A stretch of DNA of 63,568 nucleotides, counting the filler, from Salisapilia sapeloensis CBS 127946 (taxonomy: Eukaryota; Protista; Oomycota), in the NCBI GenBank assembly GCA_023334545.1. It is 6 parts of 6 records of this genome, joined end to end, with 100 filler letters (N's around TTAATTAATTAA, not from the genome) between each part and the next. Parts side by side here need not be neighbours in the genome. Positions count along the whole stretch, not along the records: positions 1 to 30,735 come from JAADVB010000220.1; 5 more parts are not named here. One strand, given 5' to 3'. How positions within the stretch are numbered: the stretch's first letter is position 1; each line of letters starts with the position of its first letter. Positions 1-10,221 of the stretch are shown piece after piece. Made by a program: the position numbers and the translations under genes. The notes beneath the pieces are model-generated. The model was given only the letters and a program-made list of their open reading frames with translations, had not been told where the DNA came from and did no database searches.

Positions 1-183
1 GAAGATGCCTCCGCACAAGGTGCTGCGGAGGATGGAGATGAGTTGAATACGATGATTGAGAATGTATGGAGGGGTAGCATCTCGGAGCTTTCCCTCAACA
101 ATCAAGAGCGTGGTCGGTAACTGGCGTGGCTGAAGATGACTGAGCTGCGACTTCGACAGGATGATTCAACCGCTATGCGTTGA
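1..183 (+). pseudogene. Decayed coding relic of an unknown protein family (copy A, truncated by window start)
   Basis: Frame 1 reads EDASAQGAAEDGDELNTMIENVWRGSISELSLNNQERGR*LAWLKMTELRLRQDDSTAMR*. It aligns without gaps to the minus-strand copy at 63302-63568; the internal TAA sits where the other copy has Gln. Confidence 0.6.
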
Positions 184-207
184 AAAGAAAAGGGTTAGCA
201 TGATTTA

Positions 208-716
208 GGCCGTGTTCGTTGAGCATATAATCGGGTATTATGCGAGAAATAATAGGCATTTATTGAAGAAATAAAAGAAAACCTTCATCGGGATCATGCG
301 TCGATAATCGCCCTTTTCCTAATCAATCAAAAGGGAAGATTATGTTAAAAGATTATCCGATTTAGGCATAATTTGGCCGGAAAAGACTCGCTTAACTGTT
401 TCAAATCTCACACGGATCGTGCTACAGCGAGCATGGCAACGGTAACCTCAACTTTAAAATTGGGTAGAGCACGAGAAGTGAGATGTACTAATTACATAAA
501 GCGGCATCTATTGCGAGCACCAAACACTTGTTTTTGCACTCCTAATTTGGCGGGAAAGTTATATTGAAGCGCTTCGATACATTTCCAACGGCAAGTGTCA
601 AAACAAAATTGGCGATTCTCAACAAACGCGGAATTGCCGGATTCGATTTTCGTTAACAGAGGTACAAAATCTAAATCCTCGATTATGTTGAATCGGTATT
701 ATGCGCTAACATGGCC
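208..716. mobile_element. Tourist-like (PIF/Harbinger) MITE, 509 bp
   Basis: Left end GGCCGTGTTCG (208-218) and reverse complement of right end GGCCATGTTAG match at 9/11. TTA flanks both sides (205-207 and 717-719). The interior is AT-rich and non-coding, with repeated ATAATCG/GATTAT and AATTTGGC motifs. GGCC-x-TGTT termini with a TTA/TAA target duplication are typical of Tourist/PIF elements. Confidence 0.6.
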
Positions 717-981
717 TTAATATTTATTATTAAGTCAACTCAGGCTTTGAAACGCTCTCTTGATCCCCATAATGTTACAATAGGATCAAGCTGTATCATA
801 TCCAATGTCACGAAGAGCCCAGTATACGAGTAAATTGAGCGTTGGCTTGTTAGATCAAAAGCTACGATGCACATCATTCGCTGGAGCTCTCCAGAACCCT
901 AGATACACTTCAAGCGTGATGATTGCGAGATTAGACGACCCCGGACGCATATGATTCGCCTAAAATTCATTTGAAACCTTC

Positions 982-1040
982 TGATTGGCAGCAATGTTTA
1001 ATCTGATAATCGATCTTTCACAGCAGGTGCCATTTCATTC
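982..1040 (+). promoter_or_regulatory. Putative core promoter of LKR/SDH: reverse CCAAT box plus Inr-like element
   Basis: TGATTGGC at 982-989 and TCATTC at 1035-1040, just upstream of the ATG at 1053. Both resemble described oomycete core promoter motifs. Confidence 0.4.
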
Positions 1041-1052
1041 TTCCGCGTCAGC

Positions 1053-4000
1053 ATGAGCAAGTGCATCGGCATCGTACGGGAAGCGTATACGAAGTGGGAG
1101 CGACGAGCACCTTTGACGCCAGAGCACGTGAAGCAGCTCGTTCAGCGTGGTATCAATGTTTGTGTGCAACCTTCAACGGCGCGCGTCTTCTCCGATGAGC
1201 AGTACGAACGAGCAGGAGCGATCATAAGTGAAGATCTGTCGTCAGCAAATGTCGTCCTCGGTGTAAAGCAAGTGCCAGCAGAACGCCTACTCCCGGAAAA
1301 AACGTACCTATTCTTCAGCCACACCATAAAGGCTCAGCCGGAGAACATGGCTTTGCTTGATGCCATCCTTCGGGAGCGGGTCACGCTAGTCGACTACGAG
1401 TGCATTCGAGCCAACGGGCAGCGCAACTCTCCTCGACTCATTGCTTTTGGACGTAATGCCGGTCGAGCCGGTATGATCAACGGCTTTCGAGGTCTTGGCG
1501 AACGACTGATCAACTTGGGCTTCTCCACTCCCTTTGTCAATATTGCATCCGCATATATGTACCAGGACTTGGAGGAGGCAAAGCGAGCAGTCGAGTTGGC
1601 CGGCAAGCAATTGAAGAATGAAGGTCTGCCGTCGGATTTGGCGCCCATGACCTTTGTTTTCACGGGACGAGGAAACGTCGCGCAGGGTGCCCAAGAGCTG
1701 TTTGACCTGATGCCACATCAAATGGTACATCCGTCGGAGCTACCCAACCTTCCAAAGGACAGATACACTTTGTATGGTACAATCGTGGAAGACGAGTACT
1801 TGGTCCAGCCAATCGACCGATCTCGTCCGCAGTCGAGAGAGGACTATTATCAGAACCCGAGTCTGTACGAGAATGTATTCCACGAACGCGTGGCTCCATA
1901 CACCTCCATGCTTGTCAACGGCATGTACTGGGACGATCGGTTCCCTCGCCTGCTCACAAAGCAGCATATCCAGGATCTTCGAGCCAGTGGTAACAAGAAG
2001 CTCTTGGGCATTGCCGACATTACGTGTGATATCAACGGTAGTGTCGAGTTCCTCGAGTACACGACTGAAATTGAAAGCCCGTTTGCACTCTACAATGCTC
2101 AAGAGCAAAGGATGGTCAATACACTGGAAGGAGACGATGGTATCATGATGCTGGGTGTAGACATTCTGCCCAGTGAGCTCGCAAAGGACTCTAGCATCCA
2201 ATTCGGCGATCAGCTGATGAAGTTCATCGACTCGCTCGTCAGGCTAGACGCTTCCAAGCCGCTACAAGAGCAAAAGAACATTCCGCCAGAGATCATTGGG
2301 GCATGTATCGCTAGTGACGGCCTCCTAACGCCGCCATTCGAGTATATTCACCTCATGCGTGCCCAGCGAGAACGTAGTCAGAGCCAAGAATTGATGGACA
2401 GCAAGGCAGAGTTGGCCGGTAGTACTTGCATCCGACTCGATGGCCACTTGTTCGACACTGGTCTTATCAATCAGGTGCTTAATGTCATCGAACAGGCTGG
2501 AGGTGCTTTCCACCTAGCCGACTGCCAAGTGCGTCCGAACTTTGTCGACACCTCGAGTGTAAACAGCTCGAGTGCTGTTGTCCAAATCAGTATGGACTCG
2601 AGGGACGAAATCGAGGCGATCATTGACAAGATCCGAAAGTTGGCTGAACTGACGCCTGGCGCAAACACTTTGATCACCGAGGTCCCAGACTTTTGTGGAT
2701 CCAACTACTCTCGGACGGTCAAGAAGGATTCGGAAAGCCAATCCGTCATGGACAACCAAGCTCAGATTTATTCCCGTGAAAAGCGAAAGATCGTCTGCCT
2801 CGGTGCTGGTCTCGTGGCCTCTCCGCTAGTGGAATATCTCACGCGCTCTGGAGAATTTGACGTTCACGTAGCGTCTGGCATTGAAGGCGAAGCCAACACG
2901 CTGCAGAAGAAGCTCAATCGCAGCAACATTTCACCCTATACGATCAACGTCAAAGACGAAATGGAAAAACTGCGCGACTTGTGCTCTGGAGCAGACTGCA
3001 TCGTCTCGCTCCTTCCTGCCACCATGCACGCCGACGTTGCCAAGATCTGTATCGACAATCGAACGCCTTTGGTTACTGCAAGCTACGTGTCGCCTGAAAT
3101 GCGCGAGCTCAACCAGCAAGCTGTGGACGCTGGAATTCCGATCTTGTGTGAACTTGGTCTTGACCCAGGCATGGACCACATGAGTGCCATGAAAGTCATT
3201 GACGAAACCAAGGCTCAGAATGGAAAGATCTTGTCCTTTTCATCCGTTTGCGGTGGACTCCCAGCCCCGGAAGCTGCCGACAACGCGATCGGGTACAAAT
3301 TCAGCTGGAGTCCACGAGGCGTCCTCACGGCTGCTCTGAACCCAGCCAAGTACCTCAAGGACGGAAATGTGATCGAGGTACCAGGTGAGGAACTTTTGAA
3401 CAGCAGCGAGCGCGTCAACTTTTTGCCTGGTTTTGCCATTGAGCAAATTCCGAACCGCAACTCGCTCCCGTATGCAGACATTTATGGTATTTCAGATGCA
3501 CACAGTGTCTTCCGTGGCACACTCCGGTACGCTGGTTGCTGTGATATCCTGTACCAGCTGCGAAAGTTGGGGCTATTCGACAGCTCACCCGCAACGTCGC
3601 TTCCCTCCACCTGGCCACAGTTGCTGGATCAAGTACAGAGCCAGTCAAGCGTAAACTTGCAAAAGGATGCCCACAACTTTATGAAGTGGCTCGGTGCCTA
3701 CGACCAGAGCACTCCTGTTGCATCTTCGCCAACTGTACTTGATGCTTTCTGTAATCTGCTGCAAGAGAAGCTCGCCTATCAAGAAGGAGAGCGCGACATG
3801 GCATTGATGCATCACGAATTTGGTATCCAGAATGCGGATGGCACTTTGGAAAAGCGTACGTCCACTTTTGTCGGGTATGGATCGGACCAAGGTGGAGACA
3901 CCATTATGGCCAAGACAGTCGGCGTTACGGCTGCCATCGGCGTGCAGATGATCCTCCAAGACGCGATTCAAGGTAAGGGCGTGTTGACTCCTACGACGCC

Positions 4001-4079
4001 AGACATTTACGTGCCTGCTCTCGCCAAACTAGAGGCCGAAGGTGTTCGCTTCACCGAGAAGGTAATGCCAATGCCATAG
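1053..4079 (+). CDS. AASS: Bifunctional lysine-ketoglutarate reductase/saccharopine dehydrogenase (alpha-aminoadipic semialdehyde synthase)
   Basis: 1008 aa, intronless. N-terminal LKR domain (WERRAPLTP, GVKQ, FFSHTIKAQ, DYE, DITCD), a plant-type interdomain (GHLFDTGLINQVLNVIE) and a C-terminal SDH domain (LGAGLV, TASYVSP, ELGLDPGMDH, YKFSWSPRG, RGTLRY, MAKTVG). Confidence 0.96.
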   Translation: MSKCIGIVREAYTKWERRAPLTPEHVKQLVQRGINVCVQPSTARVFSDEQYERAGAIISEDLSSANVVLGVKQVPAERLLPEKTYLFFSHTIKAQPENMALLDAILRERVTLVDYECIRANGQRNSPRLIAFGRNAGRAGMINGFRGLGERLINLGFSTPFVNIASAYMYQDLEEAKRAVELAGKQLKNEGLPSDLAPMTFVFTGRGNVAQGAQELFDLMPHQMVHPSELPNLPKDRYTLYGTIVEDEYLVQPIDRSRPQSREDYYQNPSLYENVFHERVAPYTSMLVNGMYWDDRFPRLLTKQHIQDLRASGNKKLLGIADITCDINGSVEFLEYTTEIESPFALYNAQEQRMVNTLEGDDGIMMLGVDILPSELAKDSSIQFGDQLMKFIDSLVRLDASKPLQEQKNIPPEIIGACIASDGLLTPPFEYIHLMRAQRERSQSQELMDSKAELAGSTCIRLDGHLFDTGLINQVLNVIEQAGGAFHLADCQVRPNFVDTSSVNSSSAVVQISMDSRDEIEAIIDKIRKLAELTPGANTLITEVPDFCGSNYSRTVKKDSESQSVMDNQAQIYSREKRKIVCLGAGLVASPLVEYLTRSGEFDVHVASGIEGEANTLQKKLNRSNISPYTINVKDEMEKLRDLCSGADCIVSLLPATMHADVAKICIDNRTPLVTASYVSPEMRELNQQAVDAGIPILCELGLDPGMDHMSAMKVIDETKAQNGKILSFSSVCGGLPAPEAADNAIGYKFSWSPRGVLTAALNPAKYLKDGNVIEVPGEELLNSSERVNFLPGFAIEQIPNRNSLPYADIYGISDAHSVFRGTLRYAGCCDILYQLRKLGLFDSSPATSLPSTWPQLLDQVQSQSSVNLQKDAHNFMKWLGAYDQSTPVASSPTVLDAFCNLLQEKLAYQEGERDMALMHHEFGIQNADGTLEKRTSTFVGYGSDQGGDTIMAKTVGVTAAIGVQMILQDAIQGKGVLTPTTPDIYVPALAKLEAEGVRFTEKVMPMP

Positions 4080-4199
4080 CTCGTTCTCGACGCTGTGGTT
4101 TAGAAAAGAAAATCAAAGAATGCGTGGAGTGTTTGTAGAAGAGCAAAACAAAACAAGAAACTCTTTTACCCACACTTTAAATGTATATCCAGTCGCTGC

Positions 4200-7100
4200 T
4201 CACCAATTAGAAGTGGTAAACGGACGCTGGCGAGACTGAAAGTGGCCAAGTGCACCGGTCGCCACATTCTCGTTGTCGTCATCGTGAAGCAAAGCAGAGG
4301 ATCGATACTTTTGTGTGATGCCATCGGAGGATAGCTGGAATCGTGAAAAGAGGTTGGGGCGAGCACCGCCTTGACTGGTTTTTGCCCTTCGGCCGTCCAT
4401 CGGTCGAGGTAGCTCATTCGGTCCTTTATTCAAATTGTCTTCCGTGCGATCGAATAGGTAAGACATTTCCTGATTTTCTGATGGCAGACTCTTAGAAGGT
4501 GGCGCGTCGGGTATGTCCGGACACGAGATCAAGACGGAGGTTCTACCTAAATATCGCTGCGGCATCCGATCAATAGCATTGCGCTGTCGAAGCACAAGTC
4601 CAGGCGGACGCCATCGGTCAGTCTGAACTTCCTCCTCTACCATAGGTACTATAGCAGATATGCCAATACTACGGTCGGTTTGTCTCCGAAACTCGATGTG
4701 CTCTTCAGTGGCCCGAACCTTCTCTTGCATTTCATTTCTCTCCGCCGTTACTTCCGCCAGCGTTTGCTGCAGCTCGTCGATCGTTGTCTGGTTCGTTTTA
4801 ATGATTGCAAGGGCTTTCTCCCACGCTGCAGTCTTTTCAAACAGAGACAATGTCAGTCGCTTGTGGTCGTCCGTCAACGAGCTGTGTAGACTCTTCAGCT
4901 CGTCAAATTCCTCAAGCTGATCCAAATACTCTTTCTTGCACTGATCCAGCTCTTGTTTAGTCGAGCATAACGTCTTCTCACTCTTTACCAAGTTTGTCTT
5001 CTGGATCTCAACACTTAGCTGGAGTTTCGCAGTCTCCGCTTCCATATTGCGAATTTGGTTTCTACAAGCGTCAATCTCATCTTCCGCATACGCAAGGTCA
5101 TTCCTTACTGTTTCCGCCCCCTCTCGCATCTTTCTCAACTCCAAGGAAATCACTTCACCTCTATTCTTGCATTGTTGAGCAAACTTATTCGTCGCTCTAT
5201 CCATGAGGACTTTACGTCGAAGTGTCCGCTTCTTCTGTAATACGTCTGCACTCAGAACAGAGTCTTCCTGTGACCCCATCGAATGATCGTCGCGAAGATG
5301 AGGTCGGTCAATATCAACAGCAAGTAGCAGATTTCGGTTGTCAGTCAAGTCAAAGACTTTGCCTGAGATTTCTGTCAAGAAATTAATGAGAACATTTCCG
5401 CGCTCCGTCTCAAACCGAAGCTCTTGCTGGGTCTCATCTAATTCGTATGAGAGGTCTTGTATTTCTTGTGCAGAGCCAGCGCTACCTTGATTCAGCTGCA
5501 TCTTTAGTGAGTTCATTTTTTCGGTAAATGTCTCGATCGTGAGTTTTGCATCGTCCAATTTCTCCTGCAGTACCCCTTGTTTCCGTTCGTATTCATCAAC
5601 GATCTTTTGAAGCTTAGCCTTTTCTCTTTTCTCTGCCTCGATTTCCAATGCAATGGCTTGAAGCTCGCGATGGTACATTTCAAAATCATTATCTTCACCT
5701 CCATCAGCGTCCGTGTCGTCAACTTCATTTGTATTCCCGTAGTGGCTGATGTCCGCTTTAGCCTCTCCTCCAACTCTAAAGCTTTTACTGCTATCGCTTT
5801 CTACAGACTCGTGTACTTGCATACCAGATATCGAACTCTCTCCAGTTTCTGAAGTCAGACCAGCACTTATTGCGGTATTCTCGTTTCCGTCCGATGTAGG
5901 TACAAATCGAGTAATCAAGGTTGAGCTCGGCGCCCTTCGTATAGGTGCTTTGGTTCCCGGACGAGCACGTCGTCCGCTATTCTTAGATCGAACAATTGAA
6001 GAGAGCAAGTCGTTCTCCCTCATCAATGCTTGTTCCAGTTGTTCCTGAACTTCCTTTAAACTACCCATTAGGTCCTTATCTAAACCAGCAATCCGCGTCT
6101 CAACGTGTCCGTTAGTAATTGAATCCAGATTATACGAAGGCGCTAGTCTATTGTGAGCACTGCCGTCGCGACCAACATCATCATGTGATGCATCGGCGTC
6201 CGTATCCACGGCCATTCCGGAAGACAGACGATACTCCTCCAATTGACCAAGTAGCTTCTTATTCGCTTTACGATACTCTGTGTTTTGTTCTTGTACTTCT
6301 TCCCGAGCGTGCTCTTCTTCCACCAATCTGTCTTCCAAATGCCGCTTCGTGTGATCAAAGCGCTGGAGCGTTAGCGCTAATTCTTTCTTTAGTGTAGACA
6401 ACGATTCCTGTATCTCGCCTCGGGACATGTTCGATTCTGCAAGTTGCTGCCTACAACACTTCAGCTCACTTTCGATTGATTTGTTTCGATCTAGTGCCGC
6501 CTTTAGCTCAGTCGCTGCACTCCCACAACTCGCTTCAAACCGCTCTTGCTCCTCTTTTGTCTCATGCAAGGTTTTACTGACGGCTTCCAACTCTTTTGCC
6601 AACTTCTCTTTAGCTACGAGCACCGAACGTCTCTCCTTGTCCGCTTTCTTCAACTCCTTTTCTCGTTCGTGGAAACTTTGTTTCAGTTTATCCAGTTCTT
6701 CCTGGACTCTTTTCGCCACATGGAGCTTCGTACTCATCTTCTTCATAGCACTCTTTTGTTCTTGCTCTACATTTCGTGACCTTTCGAGCTGGTCTTTGGT
6801 GTAAGCCAGATCCTTCATCGTGCTTACCAAATTGCTCGCCACCTCTTCATATCGTGCTTTTAACGCCCGCATTTCTGCGAGAGATTTCTGCGCCTGGTGC
6901 CTCATTTCCTTTTCCGCCTTGACCGCCCTTACAGACTCTTGCTTGGCTTCCACTAGCTCTCGACTGTCTTGGTGGATCAATTCCAAGTGACCACCGCATA
7001 GATCGCATGGATGGGCCTTTAAGTATGTCTCGGTTGGCGCAAATAGCGGCAGTACTTCGCGCAGGTCGACTGACGGTATACCACTGAGAGAATCTTCGTA

Positions 7101-7499
7101 CGAAGCTTCCTTGTCCGGTACTTTGTCTTCCGCAGCGACCTGCTTGATGCGAAATGTTACGTTCGCAGTGCGCTCGTACTGCCGAACTTGTTCCTTGACG
7201 ACGAGGATGTCGCTATAGTACGCTCGCCGTACGACCTCCAAAAGCTTGTTTCGTCTTGCCAACCGACCTCTCAACATATCGATCTGTAGATCCAAGGACA
7301 TTTGAGACAGCGCTGCATCCTGGGATTCCACTTCCACGTCTAAAAGATCAAGCACCTCTTCACCAAAGTCTTCCAAGAGGTTTTCAGCTGCTGCAGACGC
7401 TGGTACTTTATCATGTGCATTCTGTTCCTGCGTCTCTTTCCTCCGGTCGGACACGCGTGTGGACAAGTCGTTGCTTTCATCCACCTCATCCAGCGGCAT
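4200..7499 (-). CDS. Large coiled-coil protein of unknown function
   Basis: About 1100-codon open frame; first ATG at 7499 (the track start is TTG). Long E/K/L/Q heptad regions, an N-terminal globular patch (RRAYYSDIL, HPCDLCGGHLE) and a disordered C-terminus. Confidence 0.8.
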   Translation of the reverse strand: MPLDEVDESNDLSTRVSDRRKETQEQNAHDKVPASAAAENLLEDFGEEVLDLLDVEVESQDAALSQMSLDLQIDMLRGRLARRNKLLEVVRRAYYSDILVVKEQVRQYERTANVTFRIKQVAAEDKVPDKEASYEDSLSGIPSVDLREVLPLFAPTETYLKAHPCDLCGGHLELIHQDSRELVEAKQESVRAVKAEKEMRHQAQKSLAEMRALKARYEEVASNLVSTMKDLAYTKDQLERSRNVEQEQKSAMKKMSTKLHVAKRVQEELDKLKQSFHEREKELKKADKERRSVLVAKEKLAKELEAVSKTLHETKEEQERFEASCGSAATELKAALDRNKSIESELKCCRQQLAESNMSRGEIQESLSTLKKELALTLQRFDHTKRHLEDRLVEEEHAREEVQEQNTEYRKANKKLLGQLEEYRLSSGMAVDTDADASHDDVGRDGSAHNRLAPSYNLDSITNGHVETRIAGLDKDLMGSLKEVQEQLEQALMRENDLLSSIVRSKNSGRRARPGTKAPIRRAPSSTLITRFVPTSDGNENTAISAGLTSETGESSISGMQVHESVESDSSKSFRVGGEAKADISHYGNTNEVDDTDADGGEDNDFEMYHRELQAIALEIEAEKREKAKLQKIVDEYERKQGVLQEKLDDAKLTIETFTEKMNSLKMQLNQGSAGSAQEIQDLSYELDETQQELRFETERGNVLINFLTEISGKVFDLTDNRNLLLAVDIDRPHLRDDHSMGSQEDSVLSADVLQKKRTLRRKVLMDRATNKFAQQCKNRGEVISLELRKMREGAETVRNDLAYAEDEIDACRNQIRNMEAETAKLQLSVEIQKTNLVKSEKTLCSTKQELDQCKKEYLDQLEEFDELKSLHSSLTDDHKRLTLSLFEKTAAWEKALAIIKTNQTTIDELQQTLAEVTAERNEMQEKVRATEEHIEFRRQTDRSIGISAIVPMVEEEVQTDRWRPPGLVLRQRNAIDRMPQRYLGRTSVLISCPDIPDAPPSKSLPSENQEMSYLFDRTEDNLNKGPNELPRPMDGRRAKTSQGGARPNLFSRFQLSSDGITQKYRSSALLHDDDNENVATGALGHFQSRQRPFTTSNW

Positions 7500-7622
7500 C
7501 GTCAAGAACCGACAGAGCTAAAAATACCTGAACCACTAAACTCGATTCTTGTTTCTAATTCCTAAACAGAAAAACAACACGCAGACCCAAATGTCTTCCG
7601 CCTCGCGACCTATTAATGTGCA

Positions 7623-9572
7623 CTAGGGAGTCTCATTCTCCACCCCGTCCACCTGCGTCTCTGTCACCACTACCGTCGAATTTACTTCTGCACTTGGCTC
7701 TTCCATCGCAATGTCATTGAGTGACGGCACTTTCACTAGGTCGGGAGGAGGAGGAGCTTCCGCCTGGCTAGTATCTTTCCCTTTCGCCCGACTCAAGGCA
7801 GCCGCAAATGCCGAGATGATGCCTCCGCTCGTCCCGGTCGCAAATTCCTGCGTCAGTGGTGGCTGCTCGATTGTATTATCTTCTTCAGCAGCATTCTGCT
7901 CGTCCATCCTCTCTGCATCGTCATCGTCTTCGTCATCGTCTTCCACGGCCTGTGGCTTGCGACGCCGAGCGTACCTGCTTCTAATTGTAATCGGCTCATT
8001 CTCATTTTCATCTTCCTCCTCCTTATCCTCAATCGCTTTTGCTTGAGATGCCTTTGCTCGAGACATCTTCTTCGCACGTGGCTTTTTCAACTCGTAGTGC
8101 GTATCAAAGTCCGGAAAGTGGTCTTTTAAATCGTCCTCGGGAGTGATACAGATCTCATTCAGCGTCGTCCAGAACGCCTTCTCCGACGCATACAGTTTGC
8201 TCAGCTCGTCGTCGCACTCGTTCAGCTGCTCCTGCATTTTGTCCACCTCTTTCTGCAACCTTTCGCCAGCTTTCGAGTCCTTCTTCTGCTCCGCCTGCGC
8301 CTGTTTCTTATCTAAGGTCTCTTGGTTCTTGGCACGCTGCAGCGTCATCTGATGGATCTTGTGGCACGTCTCTCGCTGCATGATACGCGTACGGAACTCG
8401 CACAGGGCATTCTCACATTGGTCGATGTGGGCCTCTACATCGTGCCAGACACGGCAGACAGCGGAGCGGCATGGCTGCGTGCCACTGCACATCTGCGCCC
8501 GAAGATCCTTGCATTTTTGCGTACAGACATGGTTTGGCGGAGGCTGGCATAGTTGGGCGTCCACAAACTCAATTGAGCGACGAAGACGGGACTTGAAGAA
8601 GGCTTGTTGCTTTTCGTCCCGGTTTTCAGGATAACACAATTCTCCAATGGCATCTTTAAATGAGAGAAGGAACTCTCCTTCTTCTTCCTCTTCTTCCTCT
8701 TCCTCTTTAGAGCTCACTTCTGCTCTAGCAGAAGTGCCACGACCTCTGCCTCTGCCTCTGCCTCGTCCTCTACCTCTTCCGCGACCTCTACCACTTGCAG
8801 GTCGAGGCTTTTCCTTATAATCCTCATCTTCTTCGTATTCTTCCTCACTTTCCGTCTTTAAACTTCCAGAGTATCTCGTGCGTCGCAGACTTTCGCTGTC
8901 TTCGCTCCTGGATCCACGCTGACGCTTCATTGGAGGCGAAATGGATGACGAACGAGATCTCACTTTCGACTTCTTAACTGTCGTTCTACCACGGTCCTGA
9001 TTGCCCGGAGCTTGGAACCAGAGTCGGTTCGGAATAACAGCCCTCAACACTCGGTCCGTAGCAGAGCTGTGGCAGGCGAGAATGACTCGCTCCATGTCCT
9101 TGACAAAGTCATCGGATGTCTCCATGTGCGCATCGATAAAGCGCGCCAGCCGCATGCAGCACCTGCTGTATGTCTGGTAGTCATATTCGACCCCGTCGTC
9201 CGCGAAATTCCCTAGCGACATGGCCATTTCCTCCTGTAAATCTTCATTATGAGCTATAGAGACACTCGCGTAGACGCGCTCGACCGTATCTGCCACGGCC
9301 GTCTGTATCTCTCTCTTCAGGCGCGACTTGGTCAATTCTTCCCGCCTCATCGCGCGATCCATAGTTTTGCTTTTGGGGCGGAATGTCTCTTTTTCACCCC
9401 AACTCACTTGGTTTTCGTACGCACAATGTCGCCAATTTTGTCGGTCAACTTGAACCAATGTATTGACGGGGCCATTCTCGATGTTGAAGATGATGCCTTC
9501 TTCGACCAACATCTTCCGCTTCTTGCGGAGCTTCTTTTCCAACCTCCACTCTCCTTGTCTACAGATGTACAC
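7623..9572 (-). CDS. Putative nuclear protein with GR-repeat, acidic tracts and TAZ-like zinc finger; true start uncertain
   Basis: 649-codon frame with (GR)9G, poly-Glu, a Cys/His cluster HVCTQKC...CSGTQPCRSAVC...HIDQCENALC resembling a TAZ finger, then a coiled coil and acidic tail. The track start is GTG; the real ATG is probably downstream. Confidence 0.75.
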   Translation of the reverse strand: MYICRQGEWRLEKKLRKKRKMLVEEGIIFNIENGPVNTLVQVDRQNWRHCAYENQVSWGEKETFRPKSKTMDRAMRREELTKSRLKREIQTAVADTVERVYASVSIAHNEDLQEEMAMSLGNFADDGVEYDYQTYSRCCMRLARFIDAHMETSDDFVKDMERVILACHSSATDRVLRAVIPNRLWFQAPGNQDRGRTTVKKSKVRSRSSSISPPMKRQRGSRSEDSESLRRTRYSGSLKTESEEEYEEDEDYKEKPRPASGRGRGRGRGRGRGRGRGRGTSARAEVSSKEEEEEEEEEGEFLLSFKDAIGELCYPENRDEKQQAFFKSRLRRSIEFVDAQLCQPPPNHVCTQKCKDLRAQMCSGTQPCRSAVCRVWHDVEAHIDQCENALCEFRTRIMQRETCHKIHQMTLQRAKNQETLDKKQAQAEQKKDSKAGERLQKEVDKMQEQLNECDDELSKLYASEKAFWTTLNEICITPEDDLKDHFPDFDTHYELKKPRAKKMSRAKASQAKAIEDKEEEDENENEPITIRSRYARRRKPQAVEDDDEDDDDAERMDEQNAAEEDNTIEQPPLTQEFATGTSGGIISAFAAALSRAKGKDTSQAEAPPPPDLVKVPSLNDIAMEEPSAEVNSTVVVTETQVDGVENETP

Positions 9573-10221
9573 GCTCCGTGCTCTACGATCACTTGCAGCA
9601 ATGAGAACGAACTGCTTTCGGTGATTATCTTTCGCTTGTTATCCGAATCAATCGTACTCTTTATGCTGATCCAAGTCATCCTTTTCGACACTCGAAACGC
9701 TTCCTTCATCCTCATAATCCGGTTACTTGCTCAAGTATGCCACGGGCACAACGTTCCTGGCTTTATTGGATTTCAACAGGAGGTTTCAAAGCTATGGAAA
9801 TTCTGGTCGATCTTCTTTCACGCACATTCACGCTTTACTTTGTATGTCGACTCATTACCAACAGAGATATACAGTCTCCAGAGCTGTTTCATACTGACAA
9901 GATTAATAATTGATGCGACTGAGATGTCCAGCTATTGCAGATAGTTCAGGCGGATACTTTGATCATCCAAATCTCCTATTTTCTCGAGGTTACCATTGGT
10001 AGAAAATCTTTAACAATGTGAAGCTATTCACTGCTGCATATTGTCGGCAGCGCCTTCTACAATGAAGACGTGCAAGTTTTTGTTCCGAAACCTTTAAAAT
10101 ACTAGTGGTTTATTTCATACATCAAGTAGATCTTTTGCTACAGTCGTCCATGTGACCTTTGGAAAGCCACAAGTCGCGGTGACCATTTGTCGACTACGGA
10201 CCAGTCCACAGATCTCACAAT

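Noticed and set aside
373-567. 64-aa ORF starting at TTG
   Set aside because: It lies inside the AT-rich MITE, uses a non-ATG start in a eukaryote and has no coding signal.
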